Below are positions 46,578 through 56,289 of a stretch of DNA of 64,000 bases, in pieces. Made by a program: the position numbers and the translations under genes. The DNA is taken from NCBI GenBank assembly GCA_963842085.1, contig CAWJET010000002.1, positions 288,001 through 352,000 of the forward strand. The letters are read 5' to 3'. This stretch comes from an uncultured delta proteobacterium. GTDB lineage: Bacteria; Desulfobacterota; Binatia; Binatales; Binataceae. Each line of letters starts with the position of its first letter. Position 1 is the first letter of the stretch. The notes beneath the pieces are model-generated. The model did not search any database, was not told the origin of the DNA, and was given only the letters and a program-made list of their open reading frames with translations.

Positions 46578-48164
46578 ATGCCGAAGCTCACCATCGACGG
46601 CAAGGAAGTTGAGGCTGGCGCCAACCTGAATGTGATCCAGGCTGCTGAGCTGGTTGGCATCGAGATACCGCATTACTGCTTCCATCCCGGCTTGTCGATC
46701 CCCGGCAACTGCCGCATGTGCCTGGTCGAGATCGAAAAAGCGCCGAAGCTGCAAATTGCCTGCAACACGCGCGTCGCCGACGGGATGGTCGTGCACACCA
46801 CAAGCGACAAGGCCAAGGCCGCGCAGAAGGCGGTGCTCGAATTCCTGCTCATCAACCATCCGATCGATTGTCCCGTTTGCGATCAGGCCGGCGAGTGCAA
46901 GCTGCAAGACTACTACATGGATTACGATCAGCAGCCGTCGCGCTTTCCGCTGCCCGAGAAAAATCACAAGGGCAAGGCGATTGACATCGGCTTGGGCGTG
47001 ATGCTCGACCAGGAGCGATGCATCCTGTGCGCGCGCTGCACGCGCTTCTTCGACGAAGTGACAAAGACCTCCGAGCTCGCGATTTTCGGGCGCGGCGACC
47101 ACAACCGCATCGACATCAATCCCGGCCAGCCGGTCAACAACAAATACGCCGGCAACGTCGTGGACATCTGCCCGGTCGGCGCGCTCACCGAAAAGGAATT
47201 TCGCTTCAGGATGCGCGTCTGGTACCTGCATCGCACGGCGTCGGTGTGCGGCGGATGCGAGCGCGGATGCACGATCGACATCCATCACCATCGCGGCCGC
47301 ATCTACCGCTTCAAGCCGCGCTTCAACCCCGGCGTCAACAGCTACTGGATGTGCGACGAGGGCCGGCACGGTTTTCCCGCGCTGCAGACCGAGAATCGGC
47401 TCACCTCGCCGCTCGTGCAATCGAAGGATCAGCTCGTGGTCGAGCCCTGGGGCGAAGGCGTCAGGCGCGCAGCGTCGATCATCGCCGACTACAAACGCAC
47501 GTACGGCCCCAATTCGATCGCGGCGGTCGTCGACGCGACCGCTACCAACGAAGAAGCGTTCGCGCTTAAGCAATTGATGAAGACCGCGATCGGCTCGGAT
47601 CGAATCGCGACGCTCAACTGGTCGCCGCCAGGCGCCAGCGGCGACGACGACTTGCTGATCCGCGCCAATAAGAATCCCAACACGCGCGGACTCGCGGCGC
47701 TGGCACTCTCGCCCGACGGCCTCGACGGGCTTGCAGCGGCAGTCGCGTCGGGCGAACTCAAGATGCTCATCGTTGTGCGCGCCGACATGGTTCGCGCACT
47801 CGGTGAAGAGGAGTTCGTCAGGCGCTTCGGCGCGCTCGACTACATGCTGGTGCTATCGACGGATGCCAACGAGACCTGCCAGATGGCCAACCAGGTCTGG
47901 CCGATCGCCGCGTATCCCGAAATCGACGGCAGCTTTACCAACTTCCAGGGCCGTGTGCAGCGAATCAACGCGGCGTTCCCGCCGCCTGGAAACGCAATCG
48001 CGGGCGTCGAGGCAATCGCGCGCCTCGGCCACGCGCTCGACGGCATCGATCGTCCGCACACGGCGGACGCGGTGTTTGCCGCGATGGCCGACGCGGAGCC
48101 GGCCTTCAAGGGCCTCAGCCTCGCGACCCTCGGCGAGCACGGCGCCGACCTCGTCACAAGCTGA
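46578..48164 (+). CDS. nuoG: NADH-quinone oxidoreductase subunit G (short, 528 aa)
   Basis: IPHYC.H..L...GNCRMC, HP.DCPVCDQAGEC.LQD, RCILC.RC.RF, DICPVGAL, C..C..GC...WMCDEGR. Confidence 0.9.
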   Translation: MPKLTIDGKEVEAGANLNVIQAAELVGIEIPHYCFHPGLSIPGNCRMCLVEIEKAPKLQIACNTRVADGMVVHTTSDKAKAAQKAVLEFLLINHPIDCPVCDQAGECKLQDYYMDYDQQPSRFPLPEKNHKGKAIDIGLGVMLDQERCILCARCTRFFDEVTKTSELAIFGRGDHNRIDINPGQPVNNKYAGNVVDICPVGALTEKEFRFRMRVWYLHRTASVCGGCERGCTIDIHHHRGRIYRFKPRFNPGVNSYWMCDEGRHGFPALQTENRLTSPLVQSKDQLVVEPWGEGVRRAASIIADYKRTYGPNSIAAVVDATATNEEAFALKQLMKTAIGSDRIATLNWSPPGASGDDDLLIRANKNPNTRGLAALALSPDGLDGLAAAVASGELKMLIVVRADMVRALGEEEFVRRFGALDYMLVLSTDANETCQMANQVWPIAAYPEIDGSFTNFQGRVQRINAAFPPPGNAIAGVEAIARLGHALDGIDRPHTADAVFAAMADAEPAFKGLSLATLGEHGADLVTS

Positions 48165-48219
48165 GCTCGCCGCTCCCGGCTGGCATACTTTCCTTTCTGT
48201 TTCTCCCGTCTGTCTTTGT

Positions 48220-48250
48220 GTCATCCCGAGCGAAGCCGAGGGACCCCGGA
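48220..48250. repeat. REP-like family B copy
   Basis: GTCATCCCGAGCGAAGCCGAGGGACCCCGGA between convergent genes. Confidence 0.65.
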
Positions 48251-48257
48251 TCCGGGA

Positions 48258-49007
48258 TCAGCCGTGGCAGTTGAAGCGGAAGCTCGACTCGCCGCTGTGA
48301 ATCTGCGCGATTCGAGTTTTGATCTTCGGCGTGATTGGCAAGTCCGGGAACGCATCGGCGAACGCCAGCAGTCCCGCCGCGGTTTTTTCCGCGTTCTCGC
48401 AGGTGCAGATTCCCGAGAGCAGTTCCGACTCGAGGCTGTCGATTTCGCCTTGCGCCTCTGAGGCGTAGTCGTCGGGGTACATGGTGCGGAATGTGATCCA
48501 TCCGCGGTAGAGAGCGACCATCAGCTTTCCGTCGAAACGCGTGCATCCCGTTTCATCGCTCTGCTGCCGGATATAGGCGGGGAACGGGCCGTTGCCGTCG
48601 GGTTCCGTGCGGGCGTAGATGGCGAAAAATGCGCGGTCCGCCTTGCTGCCCTGTTTGCGCGCGAGGCTTTTGAAGTAGTCGACGCTCGGACGCACGATTG
48701 TCTTCTCGTGCCGCACCACGATGAACCCCTGCATCTGGCGTTGGAGTTCTTGATACTGCGATTCGCTGAGATCGGGCAGGAGTGCTTGCAGCTCAGGACT
48801 GGCCTTCATGCCAGCCTCGAAGACCGGCTCGATCGGATGCTTGCCGCGCGAGCTGCGCAAGTCGTCCATCGCCGACGCATAAGCGCCCACCGAGGCCGGT
48901 ATCTCGACGCCTGCGGCGCTTACCTGGATGGCGAAGCACGAAATGAAAATCGCGGCGGCAAGTCGCACGCGGAAGAGGGCGGGAGATGGATTGATCGACG
49001 TGAACAA
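48258..49007 (-). CDS. Hypothetical secreted protein
   Basis: Signal-peptide-like RLAAAIFISCFAIQVSA followed by a protein-like helical domain with four Cys; start uncertain (TTG 49007 or GTG 48968). Confidence 0.65.
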   Translation of the reverse strand: MFTSINPSPALFRVRLAAAIFISCFAIQVSAAGVEIPASVGAYASAMDDLRSSRGKHPIEPVFEAGMKASPELQALLPDLSESQYQELQRQMQGFIVVRHEKTIVRPSVDYFKSLARKQGSKADRAFFAIYARTEPDGNGPFPAYIRQQSDETGCTRFDGKLMVALYRGWITFRTMYPDDYASEAQGEIDSLESELLSGICTCENAEKTAAGLLAFADAFPDLPITPKIKTRIAQIHSGESSFRFNCHG

Positions 49008-49075
49008 GCGGTCTCGATCGCTAGCATCGCGATCGCTCCGTGCGCAAGCACGGCTGCGCCGATGACGCGGCCGCG

Positions 49076-49390
49076 CTAGTCCTTGGACGGATGGAAGACG
49101 ATCTCGATACGGTCCAGGTAGTCGAGCAGTTGGCGCGCGAGCGTGGTGACGGCGCCGTCGTCGCGGGTCGCCGCCGCATGCTCGAGCGAGCGGCCCATCT
49201 CCGTCATCGAATCGAATCCGTAACTGGCGCCTTCGCCCTTGATCCGATGCGCGATGCGGCTGATTGCCGCGTAGTCGCGGCGCGCGACCGCCTCGAAAAT
49301 CGACATGACATCGGCACGCTTGTGCGTCAGAAAACCCGGGATCAGGTCGCTCAGATCCTCGTCCACTTCCACGATTACTCGGTCCGGCAT
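49076..49390 (-). CDS. Stand-alone Hpt (histidine phosphotransfer) domain protein
   Basis: DLIPGFL..K, AHRIKG.GASYGF; GAGGAGG SD before ATG at 49390. Confidence 0.88.
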   Translation of the reverse strand: MPDRVIVEVDEDLSDLIPGFLTHKRADVMSIFEAVARRDYAAISRIAHRIKGEGASYGFDSMTEMGRSLEHAAATRDDGAVTTLARQLLDYLDRIEIVFHPSKD

Positions 49391-49466
49391 GTTTCCTCCT
49401 CGAGTTCGGTGGCATGCGCCGCACTCAACCGCGACAACGGCGTAATGCTCGCGTCCACACCCCAAT

Positions 49467-49482
49467 AGCAAGTCCAATGCCC
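49467..49482 (-). promoter_or_regulatory. Candidate sigma54 promoter for the Hpt gene
   Basis: Minus strand GGGCATTGGACTTGCT has the GG-N10-GC spacing and TTGC of -24/-12 promoters. Confidence 0.3.
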
Positions 49483-49651
49483 TCATCGGGGCACAATTAC
49501 GATTTGCTATTGCAGGCTGAGATGGCTTTCTGTCGGCGAATTTCTATGGTGTCGCGGCGGGTGTCCCGAAATGCGTTGGTCGCGGCCAGAAATCGCGCGG
49601 CCGCAGCGGACTCAGGGGAGTCGAGCGCGGCCGCGCCCGGTCAATGCACTG

Positions 49652-50995
49652 TTACGGTGCAGCTCTGACCATTGAATCGGTGGTAAAGAAGTTACGATCG
49701 ACTGCGCCCATATTGATGTACCAGCATTCGCGCTCGGGCGTATTCTGTCCCGGCAAATAACACATTGTGCTCATGCCCGATTGCACGTCGGTCGCAGCAG
49801 CGCCGACGACGAACTCGCGTTTGAACGGATAGATCGCGACCCGCGCGTCCGGCACCGGCCGGTCCCTGTAGGTCAGCCAGTAGATATGGTTCTGCCACAG
49901 CTCGCCGTTGGCGTCATATTCGTCGACGTACGGCTCGAACCACATCTCGTTATCGATGTACAAAATCGACTTGGCGTGCAGCGCCTGCGTATTGACGGAG
50001 TTCCATCGCGGCTTGGTCTGCACGATGTACATCGAACGCAGCTCCCAGTTCTCGGGACATGCGCTCGCACCGCCGTCGGTGGCGCAGGTTATCTCCGGCG
50101 AGTGTTTGGCGTGAACCGACGCCAGCATCGTCTTCTGTCCGAGCAGCTTGTAGTCGTATTCCTCGACCTTGGCGTTGAAGCCTGAATAGTGATCGGGATC
50201 GAACGCGGTCGGATTGCCGCCGCCCACCACTGCGTCGCTCATGATGCCCTCGTCGAGCCGGCGCAGCCGGCGCGTGCCCGGCGTCCACTGCCAGATGTCG
50301 TCGCCCTTGGTGGGATTGGCATAGCGATACCGGATGAAGCCGCCACCGCGCAGATTCTCAGGCGCCAGGATCGGATACAGCGCGAACATCCAGTAGCGGT
50401 TGGTCTTCTTGAAGTCCGGATCGATCGGTATCGGATCGACCTCGGTCCGCCCGACCTCGTCGTAACCCGCGTAGTGGCCGATCTGGAAATAGTCAATTAC
50501 GTGGTACGGCTTATTCAGTCCGGTATACTCATCGTCGCAATCGTAGTAGCGCAGATCGTAGTCATCGGACGTGATCGGGCGGAAGGCAGCATCCCACATT
50601 ATCTTGGTCGCGACGCGCGGGTCGTTCGGATCGAGAAACGGAAACGGCTGTCCCGCTACGTAGTCGATCATCGTGCGGCCGTCAGGCGAAAGCCGCACTT
50701 GTTCGCCGTACTTTTCAGTGGCGTCGCGGTACGGCGGCGGCCACTGAATCATCGACGTCGGCACGATGTCCATCGTCATCCCGTGCAATACCTTGTAGTA
50801 GACGCCAGGCGATACCAGGTTCTTTACCTTGTAGGCATTCTGCACGGTAATGAAGTCGCCCGGTTTCACAGTCGGGGGTGGCGCCGTCGCCGCATCCGCT
50901 GAGGGCGGCGCCAGTGCAAATGCAATAGCAACTCCCATCAGGATCGCGAGCATTGGCGCCACGCGACGACTAGTCACACGACCTCCACTAGGCAT
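49652..50995 (-). CDS. DUF1329 domain protein (lipoprotein-sorting-like fold)
   Basis: Signal peptide, PP.Y..ATEKY..QV, YVAG.PFP..DP.DP....K, W...P..RRLRRL, WE.R; GAGGAGG SD. Confidence 0.85.
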   Translation of the reverse strand: MPSGGRVTSRRVAPMLAILMGVAIAFALAPPSADAATAPPPTVKPGDFITVQNAYKVKNLVSPGVYYKVLHGMTMDIVPTSMIQWPPPYRDATEKYGEQVRLSPDGRTMIDYVAGQPFPFLDPNDPRVATKIMWDAAFRPITSDDYDLRYYDCDDEYTGLNKPYHVIDYFQIGHYAGYDEVGRTEVDPIPIDPDFKKTNRYWMFALYPILAPENLRGGGFIRYRYANPTKGDDIWQWTPGTRRLRRLDEGIMSDAVVGGGNPTAFDPDHYSGFNAKVEEYDYKLLGQKTMLASVHAKHSPEITCATDGGASACPENWELRSMYIVQTKPRWNSVNTQALHAKSILYIDNEMWFEPYVDEYDANGELWQNHIYWLTYRDRPVPDARVAIYPFKREFVVGAAATDVQSGMSTMCYLPGQNTPERECWYINMGAVDRNFFTTDSMVRAAP

Positions 50996-51229
50996 GGTAT
51001 CCTCCTCTTGATGAAGCCGAGCTTCGTCTTGGTTATGATGCCCCAAGCGAGCCACCACGGGTCGCTCCGGAAGGGGAGTGATCAGCAGAGCGCGACTCGT
51101 CGCGAACTCTGCGTGGGCATCTTACTCTTGGACGCGGTATTTGTGCGGTATATTCAGCCGCAGCGAACTAGCGCCGATAAGAAAATCTAAAATCGATAAG
51201 CGTGCATCTAATCGACGCGTCCTGAAGAA

Positions 51230-52390
51230 TCATCCGTCAGCCAGCGCCGTCTCAAAATCCTCGAGCAGATCGTCGCTCGACTCCAGCCCGACCGACACGC
51301 GCACGAGCCCGTCGCCAATTCCCGCCCGCGCGCGCTCGGCGGCCGACATTCCCGAATGCGAAGTCGTCGCCGGTCGCGTGATCAAACTCTCGACGCCGCC
51401 CAGGCTCGGCGCGCTGATCGGTATCGTCACGCGATTCATGAAACGCCGCGCCGCCTCGACGCCACCCTCGAGCTCGAAACTCAGAACGCCGCCGAAGCCG
51501 TCGAACAGCTCGCACGCGCGCAGGTGATTCGAATGGCTTTCGAGCCCGGGGTAATTCACCCGCGCGACCGCGCGATGCTGCTCCAGCCAGCGCGCGATCT
51601 TGAGTGCGCTCTCGTTCTGATGGCGCACGCGCACCGCCAGCGTCTTGATTCCGCGATGCAGCAGGAAGCACGCGTGCGGATCGAGGATCCCGCCAAGATG
51701 GTTCAGGGTATGCGTCACGCTCGCGACCAGTTCCGCCCGCCCGATCACCGCGCCCGCCACAATGTCCGTGTGCCCGTTGAGATACTTGGTGCCGCTATGC
51801 AGCGAGAGGTCGAAGCCGATTTCCGCGGGCCTAAAATTGATCGGGCTCGCGAAGGTATTGTCGATTATCGACACCAGCCCGTTCTCGGCTGCGAAATCCA
51901 CCGCTGCCTGCAAGTCGCTCACCTGCAGCAACGGATTCGACATTGCCTCCACGTAGATGGCCTTGGTGTTCGGGCGAAGCGCCTCGCGCCAGGTCGCCGG
52001 CTCGTCGCCATCGACGAAGTCCACCTCCATCCCGTAGCGCGGGAAATCCTCGACGAACAGGTCATGGGTGCCGCCGTACACGCAGTCCTGCGCAATCAGA
52101 TGCCCTCCGCCGGCCAGTACCGTGAAGAGCGCTGTCGAAATCGCCGCCATCCCGCTGCCCGCGACCAGCGCCGCCTCAGCGTTCTCCAGCGCCGCCAGCT
52201 TGGCGTGCAGCACCGCATGATTCGGGGTGTTGCTCAGCCGGATGTAACGCAGGTCGTGGTAACTGGTCTGCCCGGCATATTCAAACGTCGACGACTGAAA
52301 GATCGGCATCGTCACCGCCCCGCCGATAAGCGGCTCCGGCTCGCCGGCGTGAACCAGCTTGGTGTCGAGCCCTTTGATAAGTCGCGCCAT
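51230..52390 (-). CDS. Cys/Met metabolism PLP-dependent enzyme (cystathionine gamma-synthase/lyase family)
   Basis: PIFQSSTF, SGMAAI, VYGGT, DNTFASP, HSGTKYLNGH.D, SLGGVESL, VRVSVGLE. Confidence 0.93.
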   Translation of the reverse strand: MARLIKGLDTKLVHAGEPEPLIGGAVTMPIFQSSTFEYAGQTSYHDLRYIRLSNTPNHAVLHAKLAALENAEAALVAGSGMAAISTALFTVLAGGGHLIAQDCVYGGTHDLFVEDFPRYGMEVDFVDGDEPATWREALRPNTKAIYVEAMSNPLLQVSDLQAAVDFAAENGLVSIIDNTFASPINFRPAEIGFDLSLHSGTKYLNGHTDIVAGAVIGRAELVASVTHTLNHLGGILDPHACFLLHRGIKTLAVRVRHQNESALKIARWLEQHRAVARVNYPGLESHSNHLRACELFDGFGGVLSFELEGGVEAARRFMNRVTIPISAPSLGGVESLITRPATTSHSGMSAAERARAGIGDGLVRVSVGLESSDDLLEDFETALADG

Positions 52391-52427
52391 GCGGCCTCCA
52401 TCGACACGACATTTATCACCCGGCGCG

Positions 52428-54002
52428 TCAGGGAAAATAGGTGTCTGCGACTTTGCCGTTGCTGCCAGCCACGTTGCCGACCACGGGTCCCTCGCCGGGC
52501 AACGCGTTGCGCCCGAAGAGCGCCGCGGTTTGATCGCTGTACAGCAGATGCCAGCGCGGGTCCTGCCGGACGATATCGGCGCCCTTGGTATGCACGCCCA
52601 TCAGCACGTAGTCATGCGGATAAGCGTCGAGCAGGCGAGCCGCGCCGTCTTGTCCGTTGAAAAAAATCGCGTAATCGCGCTCCTGCTTGTCCGTATAGAC
52701 GAGCTCGCCGCGTGGGTCGATATAAACTTTGAACGCATCCCTCATGTGCCAGAGCAGATACGAGCCCCATTCGAACTCACAAAGCACGTTCCCGTGAAGT
52801 CCGTGCTGCTTCATGAATGCGAGCGCACCGGTCGGCATCGGCTTCCAGGTTATGAGGCGATTGGAAAAAGTTCCACCCACCAGCACCAGCGCCAACGCGC
52901 AAATCGCCACCATCGCCGCCGGCGGTTCGTCGCTGACCGCAGGCTGCACGCCCATCTTGATCTCGGCGCTGCGTTCCAATGCCAAGCTCGCATGGCGCGC
53001 CAGCGGAATCGCGACCGCGATCACCCCGACCGCTACGTTGCGTGTTGCGTAGAAGGCCGCGCCGATAAAGATCGTGGCGACGGCGAGCAGGGCTGCATCC
53101 TCGAGGTCCGGGGCTATCGCAACCGCCGCGACAAACCCGGCAAACATCAACAGCGGCGCCACATCCTGCAGCAATTGCACCTTGGATTCCCGCCACATGT
53201 GCAGCATCATCGTCGGCAGTGGCACCCAGTCGGCGATTACCTGCCGAATCACCGGATCGCCGACCGAATGGGCCACTCCCGTCCACAGGCCCACTCCGAA
53301 CGGATTGATAATCGTGGCCGCCGCGCATCCGAAGGTCACCAGTGCCAGCCGCCACGCCGACGCGATGCGGCCCGCGTCGCCAAACCATCCTTGGACGAAC
53401 ATGACCGCCGACGCGACGCCCATAGCGCCAAGTCCGACGATGTAGCCGCCGTGAAAATTGGCCCACAGCGCGAACATCGGGATCAGCGGCCACCACGTCG
53501 CATCGCGCCGGTAAACCTCGAGCGCGAGCGACATCATCACCACGCTGATCATCATGAAGGTGAAGAGTTGCGGCCGAAATTGCATCTGGGTCGAGATCGC
53601 AACGGCGCTGAGAATCAGGGTCAGCCTTTGTACTCGGGCGGCGGCACCGGTCGCGGAAATCCCGATCGCCAACGCGACTATCAAGATGGTCGAGACGGCA
53701 AGTTTCAGGAGCTTGAGGCCGAATACTCCGAGGTGCGCGTAGCAGAAGGCCAGGGCCACCTGGGACAGCCATTCGTGATTGTGCCACGGCATTCCCGCCG
53801 CGCTGTAGGAGTAGGTATCAAACCGCGGAATATGGCCGGTACGGAGCGTCGTCTGACCGGTCAGCATGTGTATCCACAGATCCGGCTCGGCGAAGTTGTC
53901 AGCCGTCGCTATCGCTATCGAAAGGATCACCGTCCATCGCGACGCGGACAGTAGCGAATAGCGTGGCAGCTCAAACTCCTTCGGGTCACGCTCGGAGGAC
54001 AA
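52428..54002 (-). CDS. Conserved multi-TM membrane protein, probable GT-C-fold glycosyltransferase-like (paralog 1)
   Basis: EPDLWIH, D.YSY...G.PW.NHEWL, RPQLF, WANFHGG, INPFG, EWG.YL.W, VYID.R. Confidence 0.7.
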   Translation of the reverse strand: MSSERDPKEFELPRYSLLSASRWTVILSIAIATADNFAEPDLWIHMLTGQTTLRTGHIPRFDTYSYSAAGMPWHNHEWLSQVALAFCYAHLGVFGLKLLKLAVSTILIVALAIGISATGAAARVQRLTLILSAVAISTQMQFRPQLFTFMMISVVMMSLALEVYRRDATWWPLIPMFALWANFHGGYIVGLGAMGVASAVMFVQGWFGDAGRIASAWRLALVTFGCAAATIINPFGVGLWTGVAHSVGDPVIRQVIADWVPLPTMMLHMWRESKVQLLQDVAPLLMFAGFVAAVAIAPDLEDAALLAVATIFIGAAFYATRNVAVGVIAVAIPLARHASLALERSAEIKMGVQPAVSDEPPAAMVAICALALVLVGGTFSNRLITWKPMPTGALAFMKQHGLHGNVLCEFEWGSYLLWHMRDAFKVYIDPRGELVYTDKQERDYAIFFNGQDGAARLLDAYPHDYVLMGVHTKGADIVRQDPRWHLLYSDQTAALFGRNALPGEGPVVGNVAGSNGKVADTYFP

Positions 54003-54370
54003 AATCCGCCAACCTCAACATCGGTCCCGACCTCCGCCTTCCCCAAGTCTTTTGCGCTAAGCCGGATGGAGCGCCCGTGCGCGACTCCGCGGCCGCATCT
54101 TTGCACGATCGCGATAGAGACAGCTGCAAACCACGGCGCTACTATACATCGACTAAGTAATGATGTCCTGCAAATGGAATAGCTACTAGCATCAGTGCAT
54201 TCAAAATCGCAATCGGCACAAAGCTTCGCAACGGTGGACGGCCGACTTATGGCGGAGCCCGAATTGCCGCCGTCTAACTGATGAAACGAAGCCGCGGCTC
54301 GGCTAAGTTGGGGCGCATTGCGAGGCGGGATGACAGCATGACGGGGTGGGGGAAACCCGCATTGGCGAGC

Positions 54371-55954
54371 ATGGGGCAACGTCCGGACGCCGAGCCGGGC
54401 GAGCGGTCAGCGAGCGCCGCGCAGGCGCCCGACACGCGCTCACTCCTCAGGTATGCACCGGTCTTCGTGCTGCTTGCGGCGGTCGTGGCGGACAGCATTC
54501 AGCAGGCCGATCCTGATCTGTGGATGCATGTCCGTTTCGGTCAAATCGCGCTCCACACCGGCCGCCTGCTGCGCTGCGATATCTTTTCCTACTCGGCGCC
54601 CGGGGCGCCGTGGTTTAACCACGAGTGGCTCGCGGACGTCGTGATGGCGCTATTCTACGAAGCCGGGGGCGTGGTCGGGCTCAAGCTGATGAAGTTCTTG
54701 TGCGCGGCGGCGATCATGGTGCTGCTCGCGCTGGGCACGGCCGAAACCGGCGCGGAGTATCGGGCGCAGTTTGCCGCTCTTCTGCTGGCGGCGCTGGGAC
54801 TGCGGCTCCAGATTCAGTTCCGGCCGCAGTTGTTCGATTACATCTTCCTGAGTGCGCTACTCGTGATGCTCGCCCGCGAAAGCCGCGGCCGCCGAGCGCA
54901 CTTGTGGCTGGCGGTCCCGATGATGGCCTTATGGGTGAATCTGCACGGCGGATTTTTCATAGGGCTGGCCGTGCTCGGCCTTTACGCCGCGGTGGCGGGC
55001 GCGCAGGACCGGCTGGCCGGGCGCGGATGGCGGCGCGCAATTAAGCTTGCCGCGCTAACCTTGGCCGCGCTGATCGCGACGCTGGTCAACCCCTTCGGCA
55101 TCCGCGAATGGTATGTCGTGGTTGGCAAGTTCAGCGAACCGATCGTGGCCCTGAATCGGAACGTCGAGTTCCAGAGCCTTTTTCATCAACTGGCGACGGG
55201 CGGCAGCAGGATCGGCATGTTCTATCTCTGCGTCTTTCCCTTCGCGATAACGGCGGCTGCTGTGATCGCCTTTGCGCTCGCGCCGCGCCGCGAGGATTTC
55301 GCGCTGATGGCGGTGGCCGTGCTGATGATCTGCGCATGGCTCTATGCCATGCGCAACATGGCGTTCGCCGTGATCGCCTGCACCGCGCCGCTGGCGCGCC
55401 CTCCGGCGCTCGTCATTGCCTCGGCGAAAGGCGCGCCCGAGCGGCCGCCGCAGGATGCGGCTGCGCGCGCTCCGGGCGGGGTCCGGCTGCTCGTGTTGGT
55501 GGCGGTCGTATTCATCGCCGCGTTCGGGAAAATTTTTTCCCCGCCGCTGCCGATCTACATGGATTATCCGGTAGGGGCAGTCGCGTTCATGCAACGCAAC
55601 CGCCTGTACGGCAACATCCTGTCCACCTACGAGTGGGGCGGTTACATCGTCTGGCACGAGGTGCCGCCCTCGAAGGTGTTTTTCGACAGTTTCGACGAGC
55701 GCTATCCGCAAAGCGTGCAGTACGACTACCTGCACTTCATATCGGGCGGCTCTGCCGCCGCGCAAGTGCTCGAGCGCTATCCTCACGACTACGTGCTCGT
55801 CCCCGGCTCTTCCGGTCTGTACCTCTTGATGGCGAAGCGCAACGACTGGGCGCTCATTTACCGCGATTCGGTATGCGCGCTGTTCGCGCGCGCCGGTTCG
55901 GCGCCGGCGCCCATGCCGGTCACGGCGCCCGCCCCACCGAGCGATTTCCCATAA
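54371..55954 (+). CDS. Conserved multi-TM membrane protein, probable GT-C-fold glycosyltransferase-like (paralog 2)
   Basis: DPDLWMH, FSYSAPGAPWFNHEWL, RPQLF, WVNLHGG, VNPFG, YEWGGY..W; alternative starts at 54281 and 54338. Confidence 0.7.
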   Translation: MGQRPDAEPGERSASAAQAPDTRSLLRYAPVFVLLAAVVADSIQQADPDLWMHVRFGQIALHTGRLLRCDIFSYSAPGAPWFNHEWLADVVMALFYEAGGVVGLKLMKFLCAAAIMVLLALGTAETGAEYRAQFAALLLAALGLRLQIQFRPQLFDYIFLSALLVMLARESRGRRAHLWLAVPMMALWVNLHGGFFIGLAVLGLYAAVAGAQDRLAGRGWRRAIKLAALTLAALIATLVNPFGIREWYVVVGKFSEPIVALNRNVEFQSLFHQLATGGSRIGMFYLCVFPFAITAAAVIAFALAPRREDFALMAVAVLMICAWLYAMRNMAFAVIACTAPLARPPALVIASAKGAPERPPQDAAARAPGGVRLLVLVAVVFIAAFGKIFSPPLPIYMDYPVGAVAFMQRNRLYGNILSTYEWGGYIVWHEVPPSKVFFDSFDERYPQSVQYDYLHFISGGSAAAQVLERYPHDYVLVPGSSGLYLLMAKRNDWALIYRDSVCALFARAGSAPAPMPVTAPAPPSDFP

Positions 55955-56289
55955 ACGCGGCGCTGCCGCCGGCGAGGATCTTCGGCGTCCGTTTCGGACG
56001 CGCGGAAGAATCACCGCGCTTGCCGCGCAGACTCGTGTGCCAGTGGCACCTTCTCGGACAAGGAGAGGGTATTAGATTTGAGCGGCTTCGATTTATATCC
56101 TCAGTAACAGCGGGTTGGCGCAAACCTAAGCCCTGACTCCTTCCAATGAGTCCGCGCCTGAGCTCTCCATCACTTCGCCATCGGCGATTTCGAAGCGTAT
56201 CAATTGACTGCCGGGTTGCATCGACCGCAACAAACTCTGCTGGCTCGCCCGCGCTTTCGCCGCCTCCGACGCGCCGGTAATCTGGTTGC

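Noticed and set aside
49007-49424. N-terminal extension of the 388-aa ORF 48258..49424
   Set aside because: Arg-rich alternative frame overlapping the Hpt gene; the real protein probably starts near its signal peptide
55960-56160. Possible repeat remnants (CTTCTC..GGAGAGGG, GAGGATCTTCGG)
   Set aside because: Too degenerate to assign to a repeat family from this window alone
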